A stretch of DNA of 64,000 bases from an uncultured bacterium (lineage in GTDB: Bacteria; Desulfobacterota; Binatia; HRBIN30; CADEER01), in NCBI GenBank assembly GCA_965651925.1, contig CBFGUK010000001.1, positions 3,396 to 67,395 of the forward strand, read 5' to 3'. A model generated the notes under the pieces. The model saw nothing but the letters and a program-made list of their open reading frames with translations, did not search any database and was not told the origin of the DNA. The position numbers were made by a program, and so were the translations under genes. Position 1 is the stretch's first letter. Each line of letters opens with the position of its first letter. This document shows, piece by piece, positions 50,210 to 60,450 of this stretch.

Positions 50210-51220
50210 TCAGAGTGAGTCGCAGATGGCAGCGGCCATCTCGCTCGTACCGGCCCGGCCACCGAGGTCGCGCGTGAGAATCTTCTTCGTTTTCAGGGTC
50301 TTGTTGATCGCGCGGCGGATGCGCTGGGCGGCGTCCGGGTACCCGAGGTGTTCGACCATGAGCGCCGCCGAGAGGGTCGCGGCAATCGGATTGGCGACGT
50401 TCTGCCCGGCGATGTCCGGTGCCGTGCCGTGCACAGCCTCGAAGATCGCGACCCGGTCACCGAGGTTCGCCCCAGGCACCACGCCAAGGCCGCCGACCAG
50501 CCCGGCACAGAGGTCCGAGACGATGTCTCCGTACAGATTTTCGAGCAGCAGCACGTCGAAACGGTGCGGTCGCAGCACGAGCTGCATGCACGCGTTGTCG
50601 ACGATCATCTCCTCGTACGCGATCTCGGGATAGCGCCGGGCGACCTTGCGGGCGCAGGAGAGGAACAGGCCGTCGGCGAGCTTCATGATGTTCGCCTTGT
50701 GGATGGCGGTGACGCGCTTCCGACCGGAGCGTTTGGCGTGCTCGAAGGCGAACGCCGCGATGCGGCGCGACGCGCGCGCGGTGATGACCTTCACCGCCTC
50801 GACCACACCCGGAGCGATCTCATGCTCGATGCCGGCGTACACGTCTTCGGTGTTTTCGCGGACGACGACGAGGTCGACGTTCTCGAACGCCGAGCGAATG
50901 CCGGGAAGGTTACTGACCGGGCGCAGGTTCGCGTAGAGATCGAACGCCTTGCGCAACGCGACGTTGACGCTGCGAAAGCCGATGCCGACCTGGGTCTCGA
51001 GGGGGCCCTTCAGCGCCACGCGGTTGCGGCGAATCGATGTGAGCAGCGCCTCTGGGATCGGCGTGCCCTGCTGCGCGAGCGCCGCGGCACCGGCGAGCTG
51101 GCTGTCCCAGACGACGGGCACGCCGCTCGCCTCGACGACCTGCGTCGCCGCGGCGATCACTTCCGGTCCGACACCATCGCCCGGAATCAGGGTAATCCGG
51201 TGCGGCTTCCGGTCGCTCAC
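50210..51220 (-). CDS. Isocitrate/isopropylmalate dehydrogenase-family NAD(P)-dependent decarboxylating dehydrogenase
   Basis: HRITLIPGDGVGPEV...NLRP...NLYGDIVSDL...; GTG start overlaps queE stop (GTGA). Family is clear; substrate (icd vs leuB vs tartrate) cannot be resolved. Confidence 0.75.
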   Translation of the reverse strand: MSDRKPHRITLIPGDGVGPEVIAAATQVVEASGVPVVWDSQLAGAAALAQQGTPIPEALLTSIRRNRVALKGPLETQVGIGFRSVNVALRKAFDLYANLRPVSNLPGIRSAFENVDLVVVRENTEDVYAGIEHEIAPGVVEAVKVITARASRRIAAFAFEHAKRSGRKRVTAIHKANIMKLADGLFLSCARKVARRYPEIAYEEMIVDNACMQLVLRPHRFDVLLLENLYGDIVSDLCAGLVGGLGVVPGANLGDRVAIFEAVHGTAPDIAGQNVANPIAATLSAALMVEHLGYPDAAQRIRRAINKTLKTKKILTRDLGGRAGTSEMAAAICDSL

Positions 51221-51954
51221 GGAATACCCAGCATCTTGTGCGTCTGGGGCAGGACGCGCACGTCGCGAACATGCTGCCGGACCGTGGCGAAGTGACGTGC
51301 GAGCGCCGCGGCACCGATGTCGGTCCGACCCTCCGGTGTCGTGATCGGCTGCAGGAAACACGGCACCTGGGTGGCGAGCTCCTCGAGCAGCTCCGCGGCG
51401 CGCTCGACGTCGTCCTCGCTGGTTGCCGCGTCGACCAGCACCTTCACGTACGCCTTCGAGCCCGCCACCGCGAGAAATCGCGCATGCTGCTCCCAGAGCG
51501 CCCGCTCGCCGCTGTTCGACGGCAGCTTGATGTCCATGCTGACCACGTCGATGACCGGCAGGACGCGCCGCAGGGCGTCCGGCAGCATCCCGTTGGTCTC
51601 GAGCAGGCGGGGATGGGGCAGCCGCTCATCGTCGAGCAGGGCGAGCAGAAACTCCGGCTGCAGGAGCGGCTCGCCGCCAGTGATCGCAACGCCGTCGACC
51701 GGCGGTCCGCCGGCGAGCGCATCGAGTGCCAGCTCCCGCGCCGCGTCGGGTGCGACCGGATTGGCATACGTCCGGCTCTCCCCCGCCGCGAGACTGACAT
51801 GGAACGACGGCACGCGTTCGAGGCTGTCCGGGGTGTCACAGTAGCGGCAGCGGAGATTGCAGCCGGCAAGGCGGATGAAGAGCTGCCGGCGCCCGGCATG
51901 GACCCCCTCGCCCTGAAACGAGGAGAAAATCTCGGAAAGATACCCGTCCGCCAC
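51217..51954 (-). CDS. queE: 7-carboxy-7-deazaguanine synthase (radical SAM)
   Basis: MADGYLSEIFSSFQGEGVHAGRRQLFIRLAGCNLRCRYCDT...ITGGEPLLQ. Confidence 0.8.
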   Translation of the reverse strand: MADGYLSEIFSSFQGEGVHAGRRQLFIRLAGCNLRCRYCDTPDSLERVPSFHVSLAAGESRTYANPVAPDAARELALDALAGGPPVDGVAITGGEPLLQPEFLLALLDDERLPHPRLLETNGMLPDALRRVLPVIDVVSMDIKLPSNSGERALWEQHARFLAVAGSKAYVKVLVDAATSEDDVERAAELLEELATQVPCFLQPITTPEGRTDIGAAALARHFATVRQHVRDVRVLPQTHKMLGIP

Positions 51955-51977
51955 GCCCGGGAGGTATCACACGCCCT

Positions 51978-53297
51978 TCAAGGGGCGGAACCCACCCGCA
52001 GCGCCACCTTGATGTCCATGACATTGGTTCCGGTCGGGCCGCAGCGATGCAGGTCGCCGAGCGCGGCAAAGAACGAATGCGAGTCGTTCGCCGCCAGCGC
52101 GCCGGCAGGGTCGAGACCCGCCTGCCGCGCGCGCTCGCACGTTCGGCCATCAACGAAGGCGCCGGCCGCATCGGTCGGTCCATCGATGCCGTCGGTACCG
52201 GCGCTGAGCGCCGCAACCGGGCGGCCGGCGAGGCGTCCCGCGGCTGCCAGCGCAAACTCCTGATTGCGGCCGCCCCGCCCGCGACCGCGAACCATGACGG
52301 TCGTTTCGCCGCCGGCGAGAAGGCACCATCTCGCGCTCGCAGCCCCGGATTGCGCGCGTACACGCTCCGCCCAGGCCTGTGCGGCACGCGTCGTGTCGCC
52401 GACCAGCGGCGCCTCTTCGACCACCGGCTGGTACCCGAGCTGCTTCGCGGCGCACGCCGCCGCGCGCAGCGCGACACGGTTGCTGCCGATCACTGCCGCT
52501 GGCGCCGCGGCGGCAAGAGGATCGTCGGGTTTGACGGTCTCGTCGATCTCGCCGCGGGCGCCGCGATGAAGCAGCTCGATGACGGATTTCGGGACGCGCC
52601 CGGTAAGCCCGTGGCGCGCGAGAATGGCAAGCGCGTCGCCGTAGGTGGTGGGATCGGGCACGGTGGGCCCCGACCCGATCACGGCGGGATCGTCGCCGAC
52701 GACATCCGACAGGAGCAACGTCTGCATCGCATGTCCGGCGGCAGCGCGCAGCAGCCCGCCGCCCTTGACCGTCGACAGGTGCTTGCGAACGGCATTGACG
52801 TCATCGATTGCGACGCCCGAACGAAGCAGCAGGTCGTGGACCGCGAGCTTGTCTGCGAGGGTCAGCGGCGGGCGCGGCTCGACGAGCAGGCTGGATGCGC
52901 CGCCGCTGATGAGCCAGAGCAGTGGCGTTTCCGCCGGTGTAGCGGCAAGGAACGCTGCTACCTCTCCGGCCGCGGCACACGAGCGCTCGTCGGGCAACGG
53001 GTGACTGCCATGAACGACGCGAATGGCGCGAAGTGGCGTCGTGTCACCCGGCGGCACGACGGCGATGCCGGTCAGGGTGGTTGGGCCGAGCGTCGCTTCG
53101 ACGCCTGCGGCCATGCGCGCGGCGGCCTTGCCGGCGCCAACCACGGCCACTGCCGGCGCACCGCCCAGCCACGCGGGACGCGCCGGGCCGACGAGGAATT
53201 CGCCGACCAGCCGCGCGGGATCGACCGCGGCGATGGCGGCGGTGAAGATCGCGGCCAGGTCGCGCCGGGCTGCCTGCCAGTCAGCGTCGGCCGGCAC
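51978..53297 (-). CDS. Glycerate 2-kinase (MOFRL family, DUF4147 plus MOFRL domains)
   Basis: 439 aa; VVGAGKAAARMAAGVE...LISGGASSLL...GSGPTVPDPTT...GGETTVMVRGRGRGGRNQEFALAAA...GTDGIDGPTDAAGA. Confidence 0.8.
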   Translation of the reverse strand: MPADADWQAARRDLAAIFTAAIAAVDPARLVGEFLVGPARPAWLGGAPAVAVVGAGKAAARMAAGVEATLGPTTLTGIAVVPPGDTTPLRAIRVVHGSHPLPDERSCAAAGEVAAFLAATPAETPLLWLISGGASSLLVEPRPPLTLADKLAVHDLLLRSGVAIDDVNAVRKHLSTVKGGGLLRAAAGHAMQTLLLSDVVGDDPAVIGSGPTVPDPTTYGDALAILARHGLTGRVPKSVIELLHRGARGEIDETVKPDDPLAAAAPAAVIGSNRVALRAAACAAKQLGYQPVVEEAPLVGDTTRAAQAWAERVRAQSGAASARWCLLAGGETTVMVRGRGRGGRNQEFALAAAGRLAGRPVAALSAGTDGIDGPTDAAGAFVDGRTCERARQAGLDPAGALAANDSHSFFAALGDLHRCGPTGTNVMDIKVALRVGSAP

Positions 53298-53323
53298 GTC
53301 GCTGCGTCGCGCTTACGTGTGGA

Positions 53324-53749
53324 TCAGCCGTTCTCTTCGTCGACGTCGGCGGAGGCGAGCCGGCGGTAGGCCCGTTCGTCCTCGAACCGGCGCTGCTGCT
53401 TCGCTTCCTTCTCGCGCTCGGCCTGACAGCTGACACACAGACGGCTGAACGGCATGGCCTCGAGCCGGCCCGCCGCAATCTCGGATTCGCAGCTTTCGCA
53501 GATGCCGTACGTGCCCTCGTCAATCCGCTCGAGCGCCTCTTCGATCGCCTGCAGCTTCTCGCGCTCGCGGTCGTTCAGGATGAAGTTGATCTCGCGATCG
53601 CGCTCCTCGCTCGCCAGATCGTAGGTGTCCATCCCGTCGTCCTTGGCACCTTCACGACCGTGCCGCAGATCCTCGTTGATCTCGCGCAGGATCGTCCGTT
53701 TCATGTCGAGCAACAGCTGCTTCGCATTCTTGAGCGTCGTCTTGCGCAT
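53324..53749 (-). CDS. dksA: DksA/TraR-family RNA-polymerase-binding C4 zinc-finger protein
   Basis: Coiled-coil N-half, C-terminal CESCESEIAAGRLEAMPFSRLCVSCQ zinc finger; GGAGA RBS. Confidence 0.85.
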   Translation of the reverse strand: MRKTTLKNAKQLLLDMKRTILREINEDLRHGREGAKDDGMDTYDLASEERDREINFILNDREREKLQAIEEALERIDEGTYGICESCESEIAAGRLEAMPFSRLCVSCQAEREKEAKQQRRFEDERAYRRLASADVDEENG

Positions 53750-53958
53750 TGTCTCCTTCCAGGCCCGTGCAACGGGCGGCGGAGCTTAAACGCGGCCCTA
53801 TGGAGTGTCAATGCCCCTCCGAACGGGCGCCATGCAAGAAAATGATTGCCACTGAAATACCTGCGCAGTATACGTTTTTTCACGGGCTATCCCCTGACGG
53901 GGTGGTGGGATTCACGGAGCGGGTGGGCTCGGGACTGGACAGGCCCGCATGGACTCCG

Positions 53959-54432
53959 ATGAATCGTCAGTCGAAGCACCAGAAGGCCCGGTCCGCCGTT
54001 GCCGCCAAGCTTGGCTCGATGGGCTTTGGCGTCGAGGATGTGCCCCGCACCAAGGGCTACGACCTCCTCGTAAACGGCGAAATCCGCGTCGCCCTCCGGG
54101 TGGCTTTTCCCGGGCGCTACGCACACACGGTCACGGTGGGCGGCAAGCGGTACACGTACAATTACCGCAGCTGGAGCTTCAACTTCCACCGTCACGGACG
54201 GTGGGATCGCAAGTACTGCGACGTCTTCGTCTGTATCGCCAAGCGCCGCAGCGGCGCCGACGAGGTGTTCGTGATCCCCGCCAGCGCGGTCTCGGGGCCG
54301 ACGTTCAGTCTGCACGGAGCGGGCACGAAGCCCTACCGCGGGCGGTATGCTCCGTTTCGGGATCGCTGGTCGGTGTTCACCGAAAGCGAGCTGCTGCAGG
54401 CGCCGCAGACGCCGCAGCCCGCCGTCGCCTGA
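53959..54432 (+). CDS. Hypothetical protein (157 aa), possibly PD-(D/E)xK nuclease-like fold; start uncertain
   Basis: MNRQSKHQKARSAVAAKLGSMGFGVEDVPRTKGYDLLVNGEIRVALRV...CDVFVCIA...EVFVIP resembles Hjc/restriction-endonuclease core (helix, D, ExR/K); GC ~62%, lower than flanks. Confidence 0.35.
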   Translation: MNRQSKHQKARSAVAAKLGSMGFGVEDVPRTKGYDLLVNGEIRVALRVAFPGRYAHTVTVGGKRYTYNYRSWSFNFHRHGRWDRKYCDVFVCIAKRRSGADEVFVIPASAVSGPTFSLHGAGTKPYRGRYAPFRDRWSVFTESELLQAPQTPQPAVA

Positions 54433-54439
54433 GCGGCTC

Positions 54440-55258
54440 TCAACGCTCGAGCTCGCGGCGCAGGCTGCGCGCCATCAGCCGTTCGTAAAGTCCGGGCGCG
54501 ATTCGGGAAATCCACCAGCTCGCCTTGCCAGCGCTGGTGAGGACGAGCAGGGAGCGACGCCGCCGGACCGCGTCGACGACGGCGCACGCGACGTCATCCG
54601 GGTCGGCAACGCGGCCGATGGTGGACTGCGGGTGCAGGGTGCGACGCCCGTCGGCGTCGAGTGCCGCGGCACCGATGCCGGTGGCGGTGAAGCCGGGGCA
54701 GACGATCATCACGTCGACCCCGGTGGCCGCAAGCTCGCAGCGCAGCGAACCGAACAGCCCGTGGAGCGCATGCTTGCTGGCGGCATACCCTGAGCGTCCG
54801 AGCAGGGGCGCGAAGCCGGCCACCGAACTGATCGCGACGATCATCCCGCGACGCTCGCGCAGGGTGGGCAGCGCGGCCTGCGTGCAGTACAACGCACCGA
54901 AGAAGTTCACCGCCATCACCCGGCGGTAGACCTCGCTCGTCGTGTCGGCGAACGCGCTGCGATGTGTGATCCCGGCGTTGTTGATGAGGACGTCGATGCC
55001 GCCGGTGCGCGTGGTGACGGCCGTGATCGCAGCCCGACACTGCGACTCGTCGGACACATCACACCCAAGGCTCCAGGCCTGCCCCCCGGCGGCGCCGATC
55101 TCCGCCGCGCGCGCTGCGGCCGCCTCCTCATCGACGTCGAGCAACGCCACCGTCGCTCCCGCCGCCGCGAACGCCCGGGCGTACGCGGCCCCGAGCCCGC
55201 CACCGGACCCGGTGATCGCCACCACTCGCCCGGCGATCTCCCGCCGCCCGCGGCGCAT
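54440..55258 (-). CDS. SDR-family oxidoreductase
   Basis: VVAITGSGGGLGAAYARAF (TGxxxGxG), NNAGI, SSVAG...YAASKHAL (YxxxK). Confidence 0.8.
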   Translation of the reverse strand: MRRGRREIAGRVVAITGSGGGLGAAYARAFAAAGATVALLDVDEEAAAARAAEIGAAGGQAWSLGCDVSDESQCRAAITAVTTRTGGIDVLINNAGITHRSAFADTTSEVYRRVMAVNFFGALYCTQAALPTLRERRGMIVAISSVAGFAPLLGRSGYAASKHALHGLFGSLRCELAATGVDVMIVCPGFTATGIGAAALDADGRRTLHPQSTIGRVADPDDVACAVVDAVRRRRSLLVLTSAGKASWWISRIAPGLYERLMARSLRRELER

Positions 55259-55333
55259 GGCGTTCAGTCGCGCGCGGGATGGCGACGATCGCGGCGGAGA
55301 TTCCTGGATCGGGGGATCATCCGCTCACACGCA

Positions 55334-55819
55334 TCAATCGCGCAGATTGGTGAACTGCAGCGGCAGGTCGAGATCCTCGCCGCGGAGCAGCTGCATCGCG
55401 CGCTGCAGCTCGTCGCGCTGCTTCCCGGACACCCGCACCTGATCGTTCTGGATCTGGGCCTGCACCTTCAGCTTCGCGTCCTTCAGGAGCTTGACGATCG
55501 TGCGCGCCTTCTCGGTCGCGATGCCCTGCTGAACGGTGACCACCTGCCGCGCGCGGCCCCCGGCGGCCGGCTCGATCTTGCCGTACACGAATGCCTTCAG
55601 CGGGATCTGCCGCTTTGCCGCCTTGCCCTGCAGGACCTCGACGACCGCCTTCACCTTGAACTCGTCCGCGGAGACGATGCGGATCTGGTTGCCCTCAACC
55701 TCGATCTCCGTGTCGGTGCCCTTGAAGTCGTAGCGCTGCGCGACTTCCTTCCGCGCCTGGTTGACGGCGTTGTCGATCTCCTGCGCGTCGACCTCCGACA
55801 CGACGTCGAACGACGCCAT
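55334..55819 (-). CDS. yajQ: YajQ-family (UPF0234) nucleotide/c-di-GMP-binding protein
   Basis: MASFDVVSEVDAQEIDNAVNQARKEVAQRYDFKGTDTEIE... typical YajQ, 161 aa. Confidence 0.85.
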   Translation of the reverse strand: MASFDVVSEVDAQEIDNAVNQARKEVAQRYDFKGTDTEIEVEGNQIRIVSADEFKVKAVVEVLQGKAAKRQIPLKAFVYGKIEPAAGGRARQVVTVQQGIATEKARTIVKLLKDAKLKVQAQIQNDQVRVSGKQRDELQRAMQLLRGEDLDLPLQFTNLRD

Positions 55820-55840
55820 TGCGGACCTCCTTCTCTGGAT

Positions 55841-56494
55841 TCAGCTGCCGATCGGCGCCTCGACGACGTCGACGTCCGACGGGATCTCGAAGCGGAACAC
55901 CTCGCTGTCGATGCCGGCATTCCGCACGAGATCCGAGAAGCGCAGCCGCGTCACATTCCCGACCGGATCCGTTATTTCCGCGCCGACGATGTCGTAGCTC
56001 GATCGGTCGACGCTCAGGATCAGCGTCCCGAGCTCGCCATCCCGACGCGGGGTCAGCACGAGCCGCAGCGGCGCATCCGCCGGACGTTCGACCCGGACGG
56101 TGAAATCGTCACGCAGGCGGCCGACGCCGGTCAGGAACGAGATCGGCGTCGTCGAGCGGAACGCCGCCTCGAACGGCGCCTTCAGGACCTGTTTCGCATC
56201 CGGCTCGTAGAACCAGAGCGTCGTCCCGTCTGCGACGATCACCTGCGCGACGCCCTCGGTCAGTGTCCAGCGCATCCGACCGGGCTTCTGAAACGCGAGC
56301 GTTCCGCTGGCCACCACCGGCTTGCCGCCGCTCGCGGGCACGAGCTCCTGCCGGACACGGGCGGTGAAGTCGCGGGTCGCATCGTAGCGCGCCTGCACCT
56401 GATCGACGACCGCATCATCGTCCGCCACGGCTCCCGTCACGGCGGATGCCCAGAACAGGCAGGCAGCGACGCATACAATTAGACGCAGGCGCAT
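55841..56494 (-). CDS. lolA: Outer-membrane lipoprotein carrier protein LolA
   Basis: Signal peptide then YDATRDFTARVRQELVPASGGKPVVASGTLAFQKPGRMRW...LWFYEPD LolA motifs. Confidence 0.8.
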   Translation of the reverse strand: MRLRLIVCVAACLFWASAVTGAVADDDAVVDQVQARYDATRDFTARVRQELVPASGGKPVVASGTLAFQKPGRMRWTLTEGVAQVIVADGTTLWFYEPDAKQVLKAPFEAAFRSTTPISFLTGVGRLRDDFTVRVERPADAPLRLVLTPRRDGELGTLILSVDRSSYDIVGAEITDPVGNVTRLRFSDLVRNAGIDSEVFRFEIPSDVDVVEAPIGS

Positions 56495-56547
56495 TCGACG
56501 TGGCTAGCGTGTCTCGCAGCCGAGGTCCACGACGCTTCGGGCGCGGA

Positions 56548-58794
56548 TCACTCGTCGACCGGCGGCGGAGCGAGCACCTCGCGCGGTCGGCCGCCCTCGC
56601 TGGCCGACACGACCCCATCGCGCTCCATCCGCTCGATCATCCGCGCGGCACGGTTGTAGCCGACGCGCAGGCGGCGCTGCACCCAGGAAATCGACGCCTG
56701 GCGGCTGCTGGTCACCAGCGCCACCGCCTGGTCGTACAGCTCGTCGCTGAGATCGTCGTCCGCGGCGCCGCCCTCCTCCTCGCCTTCCGGCGCCTCGAGC
56801 AGCGCGAACGCGTACTGCGGCTTGCCCTGTTTCTTGATGAACGCGACGGCGCGATGGATCTCCTCTTCGGTCACCAGCGGCCCGTGCAGGCGCTGCACGC
56901 GCGCGCTGCCCGAGGACATGTACAGCATGTCGCCGCGGCCGAGCAGGCGTTCGGCGCCGATGTGGTCGAGGATGGTTCGCGAATCGACGCGCGCGGTCAC
57001 CTGAAACGAGATGCGCGACGGGAAGTTCGCCTTGATCAGGCCGGTGATGACGTCGACCGACGGGCGCTGGGTGGCGACGATCAGATGGATGCCGGCGGCG
57101 CGCGCCTTCTGCGCCAGGCGCGTGATCGGCTCCTCGACCTTGCGCCCCATCGTCATCATCAGGTCGGCGAGCTCGTCGATGATCACCACCAGCTTCGGCA
57201 GCCGCTCGGGCAGTGCCGTCGCGGTGACGACCTCGTCGTCGTCGGCATCGTCGGCCACCTCGGCGAGCTCGATCACGCCGCCGCCGATCTCGGCACGCTC
57301 CTCGTCGATCAGCTTGTTGTAGCCGTCGATGTTGCGCACGCCGCGCTTCTTCATCAGCCGGTAGCGCTCTTCCATCAGCTCGACGATGTTGTTGAGCACG
57401 TACACCGCCTGCTTGGGATCGGTGACCACCGGCACGAGCAGATGCGGAATGTCCTCGTAGACCGACAGCTCGAGCATCTTGAGGTCGATCATCACGAAGC
57501 GCACCTCGCGCGGCGGCGCCTTGAAGAGGATGCTCATGATCATCGCGTTGATCGCCACCGACTTGCCGCTGCCGGTGGCGCCCGCGATCATCAAATGCGG
57601 CATTTTCGTCAGGTCGCCGATGACGCACTGCCCGGCCGTATCCTTGCCGAGCGCCAGGGCGAGCGGTGAGGACGACTGCTGGAACTCGTCGACCTCGAGG
57701 AGCTCGCGCAGGGCGACCTCCTCGCGACGCGGGTTCGCCACCTCGATGCCGACCACCGCCTTGCCGGGCACCGGCGCGAGGATGCGGACGCCGGGCACGC
57801 GCAGCGCCATCGCCAGGTCGTCGCCGAGGCTGGTGATGCGGTTCACCTTCACGCCCGGCGCGGGCTCGATGTCGAAGGTCGTGATGACCGGACCGGGTCG
57901 CACCTCGACGACCCGTCCCGTGATGCCGAAGTCGGCGAGCTTCGCCTCGAGGATCTGCGAGCTGCGACGCAGCGCGTCCTCGTCGATCCGCGGCCCGTCG
58001 TGCTGCGGCGCGTGCAGCAGTCGCGTCGGCGGGCTCTGATACCGATCATCGCCGAACGGCAGCTCTTCCTGGATCACGCGCGGCTTCTTCGCCGCCGCCG
58101 CCGGGCGGCGATCGAGCACGATGACCGGCGCGGGTTCCTCGCTGGCTGCCGGTCGTTTCACGTTCGCCTTCGGCTTGCGCAGGAGCTGCGGGGCCGCCGG
58201 CTCGGTGCGTTCGGCCACGGTCTTCGCCCGGCGCAGCGAACCAACGAGCGTCAGCCCCGCCGCGCGTCCGAGGCCGATCAGCGACAGGCGCGTCGCGGCG
58301 ATGAACGCGAGAATGGCGACGCCACCGACGACGATGATCGACCCGCCGGCACCGAACGGCTCGGCGAGCAGCTCGGCGAGGAAGCCGCCGAGCCAGCCCC
58401 CGGCGCGCGCGACCGGCGTCGCCTCCGGAAGGGCGAGCGCGACGAGAATCGCGATGCAGGGAATCAGCACGATCGCCGCCGCGCAGCGCGGCAGCGTCAG
58501 CTCGTGCGCGCGATGCCGGAAGAGCTGCAGCGCGGCGATCGCCGCGTAGCCGGGCAGCAAATAGGCAGCGAATCCGATCGCCTGCACGGTGAGGTCGGCG
58601 AGCCCGCGCCCGACCCGGCCGGCGAGGTTCAGGCTCGGCAGCTCGTTCTGATACGCAACGAAGCTCAACGCGAGAAAGGCCGCCGCCGCGAGGCACACGA
58701 CCGCCGCCACCTCATCGAGCAATCCGGCCTCGCGCGGCGTGTCCTCGTTCGCCGCCGCTGCTGCTGCCGCCTCCGCCGCCCGCCCGCGCGCCAT
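56548..58794 (-). CDS. ftsK: DNA translocase FtsK
   Basis: N-terminal TM segments, Pro/Ala linker, motor domain with HLMIAGATGSGKSVAINAMI (Walker A), VVIIDELADLMM (Walker B) and C-terminal gamma winged helix (SISWVQRRLRVGYNRAARMIERME). Confidence 0.95.
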   Translation of the reverse strand: MARGRAAEAAAAAAANEDTPREAGLLDEVAAVVCLAAAAFLALSFVAYQNELPSLNLAGRVGRGLADLTVQAIGFAAYLLPGYAAIAALQLFRHRAHELTLPRCAAAIVLIPCIAILVALALPEATPVARAGGWLGGFLAELLAEPFGAGGSIIVVGGVAILAFIAATRLSLIGLGRAAGLTLVGSLRRAKTVAERTEPAAPQLLRKPKANVKRPAASEEPAPVIVLDRRPAAAAKKPRVIQEELPFGDDRYQSPPTRLLHAPQHDGPRIDEDALRRSSQILEAKLADFGITGRVVEVRPGPVITTFDIEPAPGVKVNRITSLGDDLAMALRVPGVRILAPVPGKAVVGIEVANPRREEVALRELLEVDEFQQSSSPLALALGKDTAGQCVIGDLTKMPHLMIAGATGSGKSVAINAMIMSILFKAPPREVRFVMIDLKMLELSVYEDIPHLLVPVVTDPKQAVYVLNNIVELMEERYRLMKKRGVRNIDGYNKLIDEERAEIGGGVIELAEVADDADDDEVVTATALPERLPKLVVIIDELADLMMTMGRKVEEPITRLAQKARAAGIHLIVATQRPSVDVITGLIKANFPSRISFQVTARVDSRTILDHIGAERLLGRGDMLYMSSGSARVQRLHGPLVTEEEIHRAVAFIKKQGKPQYAFALLEAPEGEEEGGAADDDLSDELYDQAVALVTSSRQASISWVQRRLRVGYNRAARMIERMERDGVVSASEGGRPREVLAPPPVDE

Positions 58795-60450
58795 TCACAT
58801 CTCCATGACGAACGGGACGACGACCGGACGACGATCGAGCGTGCGGCTCAGATAGCGGCGCAGGGCCTTGCGGACTTCCTCGGTCACCTCGATCGCATCG
58901 GTGCGCGACTCGGGCGCCAGATCGTTCAGCGCGGCGAGCACCACGTCGCGCGCTTCATCGAACATGCGGGACTGATCGCTCTCGGCGACGACGCCGCGCG
59001 CCGAAAAATCGGGTCCGGCGATCAGATCGCCGGTGTGCTGGTCGAGCGCCAGCACCGCGAGCAGCAGGCCGTCCTGCGAGAGATGGCGCCGGTCGCGCAG
59101 CACGATGTCGCTGATGTCGCCGATGCCCTTGCCGTCGACGAGCACGCGGCCGGCAGTGACCGGCTCGGCGCGCCGCGCGTCGCCGGCGGTGATCTCGAGA
59201 ACCTGCCCGTCTTCGAGCAGGTGGACCGCATCCTGCGCCAGGCCGATGCCGTGCGCGAGGCGCACGTGCTCGGCGAGATGCCGGAACTCCCCATGCACCG
59301 GGACGAAGTAGCGCGGGCGCACGAGGTTCAGCATGAGCGCCAGCTCGTCCTGGCTCGCGTGCCCCGACACGTGCACGTCGGCATTGCGCGAGGTGAACAC
59401 CTGGGCGCCGCGACGGTACATGTGGTTGATCATGTTGCCGATCAGCCGCTCGTTGCCGGGGATGATGCGCGACGAGAGCACGACGGTGTCGCCCGGTTCC
59501 ATCCGGACGTTGCGGTGATCGCCCATGGCGATGCGCGTCAGCGCCGACATCGGTTCGCCCTGACTGCCGGACGTGAGCACGGTGACGCGATCGCGCGGCA
59601 GGCTGGCGAGCTCGGCGACATCCGCATAGCGGGTCAGCGGGGCGCGCAGATACCCGAGCTCGGTCGCGATGCGCACGCTGTTGACGAGACTGCGGCCGAC
59701 GATCACGACCTGCCGGTCGGTCACCTCGGACAGGTCGATCACCTGCTGCAGCCGGTGTACGTGCGATGAAAACGTCGAGAAGAAGATGCGCCCCGCGGAG
59801 CCCTGGAAGACGCTCTCCAGCCCGTGCCGCACGGTGCGCTCGGAGCCGGTTGCGCCGGCGCGCTCGACGTTGGTCGAATCGGACAGCAGCAGGAGCACAC
59901 CGCGCCTGCCGTATTCCGCGAACGTCTGGATGTCGGGACCGCGACCGTCGATCGGCGTGTGGTCGATCTTGAAATCGCCGGTGTGGATCACGACCCCGAG
60001 CGGCGTCGTGATCGCGAGCCCGACGGCGTCGACGATCGAGTGCGTGACGTGAATCGGGTCGATCGCGAACGGGCCGGCTTCCCAGCGTTCGCGCGGGCGA
60101 TAGGTACGCAGGTCGGCATCGACCCCGTGCTCGCGCAGTCGCGATCCGATCAGCCCCGCGGCCATGGGCGTCGCCCAGACCGGAACCGGGAAGTCGCGCA
60201 GCGCGTAGGGCAGCGCGCCGATGTGGTCTTCGTGGCCGTGCGTGATCACGAAGCCGCGGAAGCGATCGCCGAGCTGCCGCAGATAGTCGAATTCGGGAAT
60301 GACCAGATCCACGCCGAGCAGCGTCGGATCCGGGAACATCACGCCGCAGTCGATCGCGATCGCCTCGCCTTCGTACTCGAGTACGAGACAATTGAGGCCG
60401 ATCTCCCCGAGACCGCCGAGGGGAACGACACGCAGGGTACCGTCATTCAT
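58795..60450 (-). CDS. rnj: Ribonuclease J (metallo-beta-lactamase / beta-CASP)
   Basis: MNDGTLRVVPLGGLGEIGLNC...ITHGHEDHIGALP...; ATG at 60448-60450; the longer annotated N-terminus is not conserved. Confidence 0.85.
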   Translation of the reverse strand: MNDGTLRVVPLGGLGEIGLNCLVLEYEGEAIAIDCGVMFPDPTLLGVDLVIPEFDYLRQLGDRFRGFVITHGHEDHIGALPYALRDFPVPVWATPMAAGLIGSRLREHGVDADLRTYRPRERWEAGPFAIDPIHVTHSIVDAVGLAITTPLGVVIHTGDFKIDHTPIDGRGPDIQTFAEYGRRGVLLLLSDSTNVERAGATGSERTVRHGLESVFQGSAGRIFFSTFSSHVHRLQQVIDLSEVTDRQVVIVGRSLVNSVRIATELGYLRAPLTRYADVAELASLPRDRVTVLTSGSQGEPMSALTRIAMGDHRNVRMEPGDTVVLSSRIIPGNERLIGNMINHMYRRGAQVFTSRNADVHVSGHASQDELALMLNLVRPRYFVPVHGEFRHLAEHVRLAHGIGLAQDAVHLLEDGQVLEITAGDARRAEPVTAGRVLVDGKGIGDISDIVLRDRRHLSQDGLLLAVLALDQHTGDLIAGPDFSARGVVAESDQSRMFDEARDVVLAALNDLAPESRTDAIEVTEEVRKALRRYLSRTLDRRPVVVPFVMEM

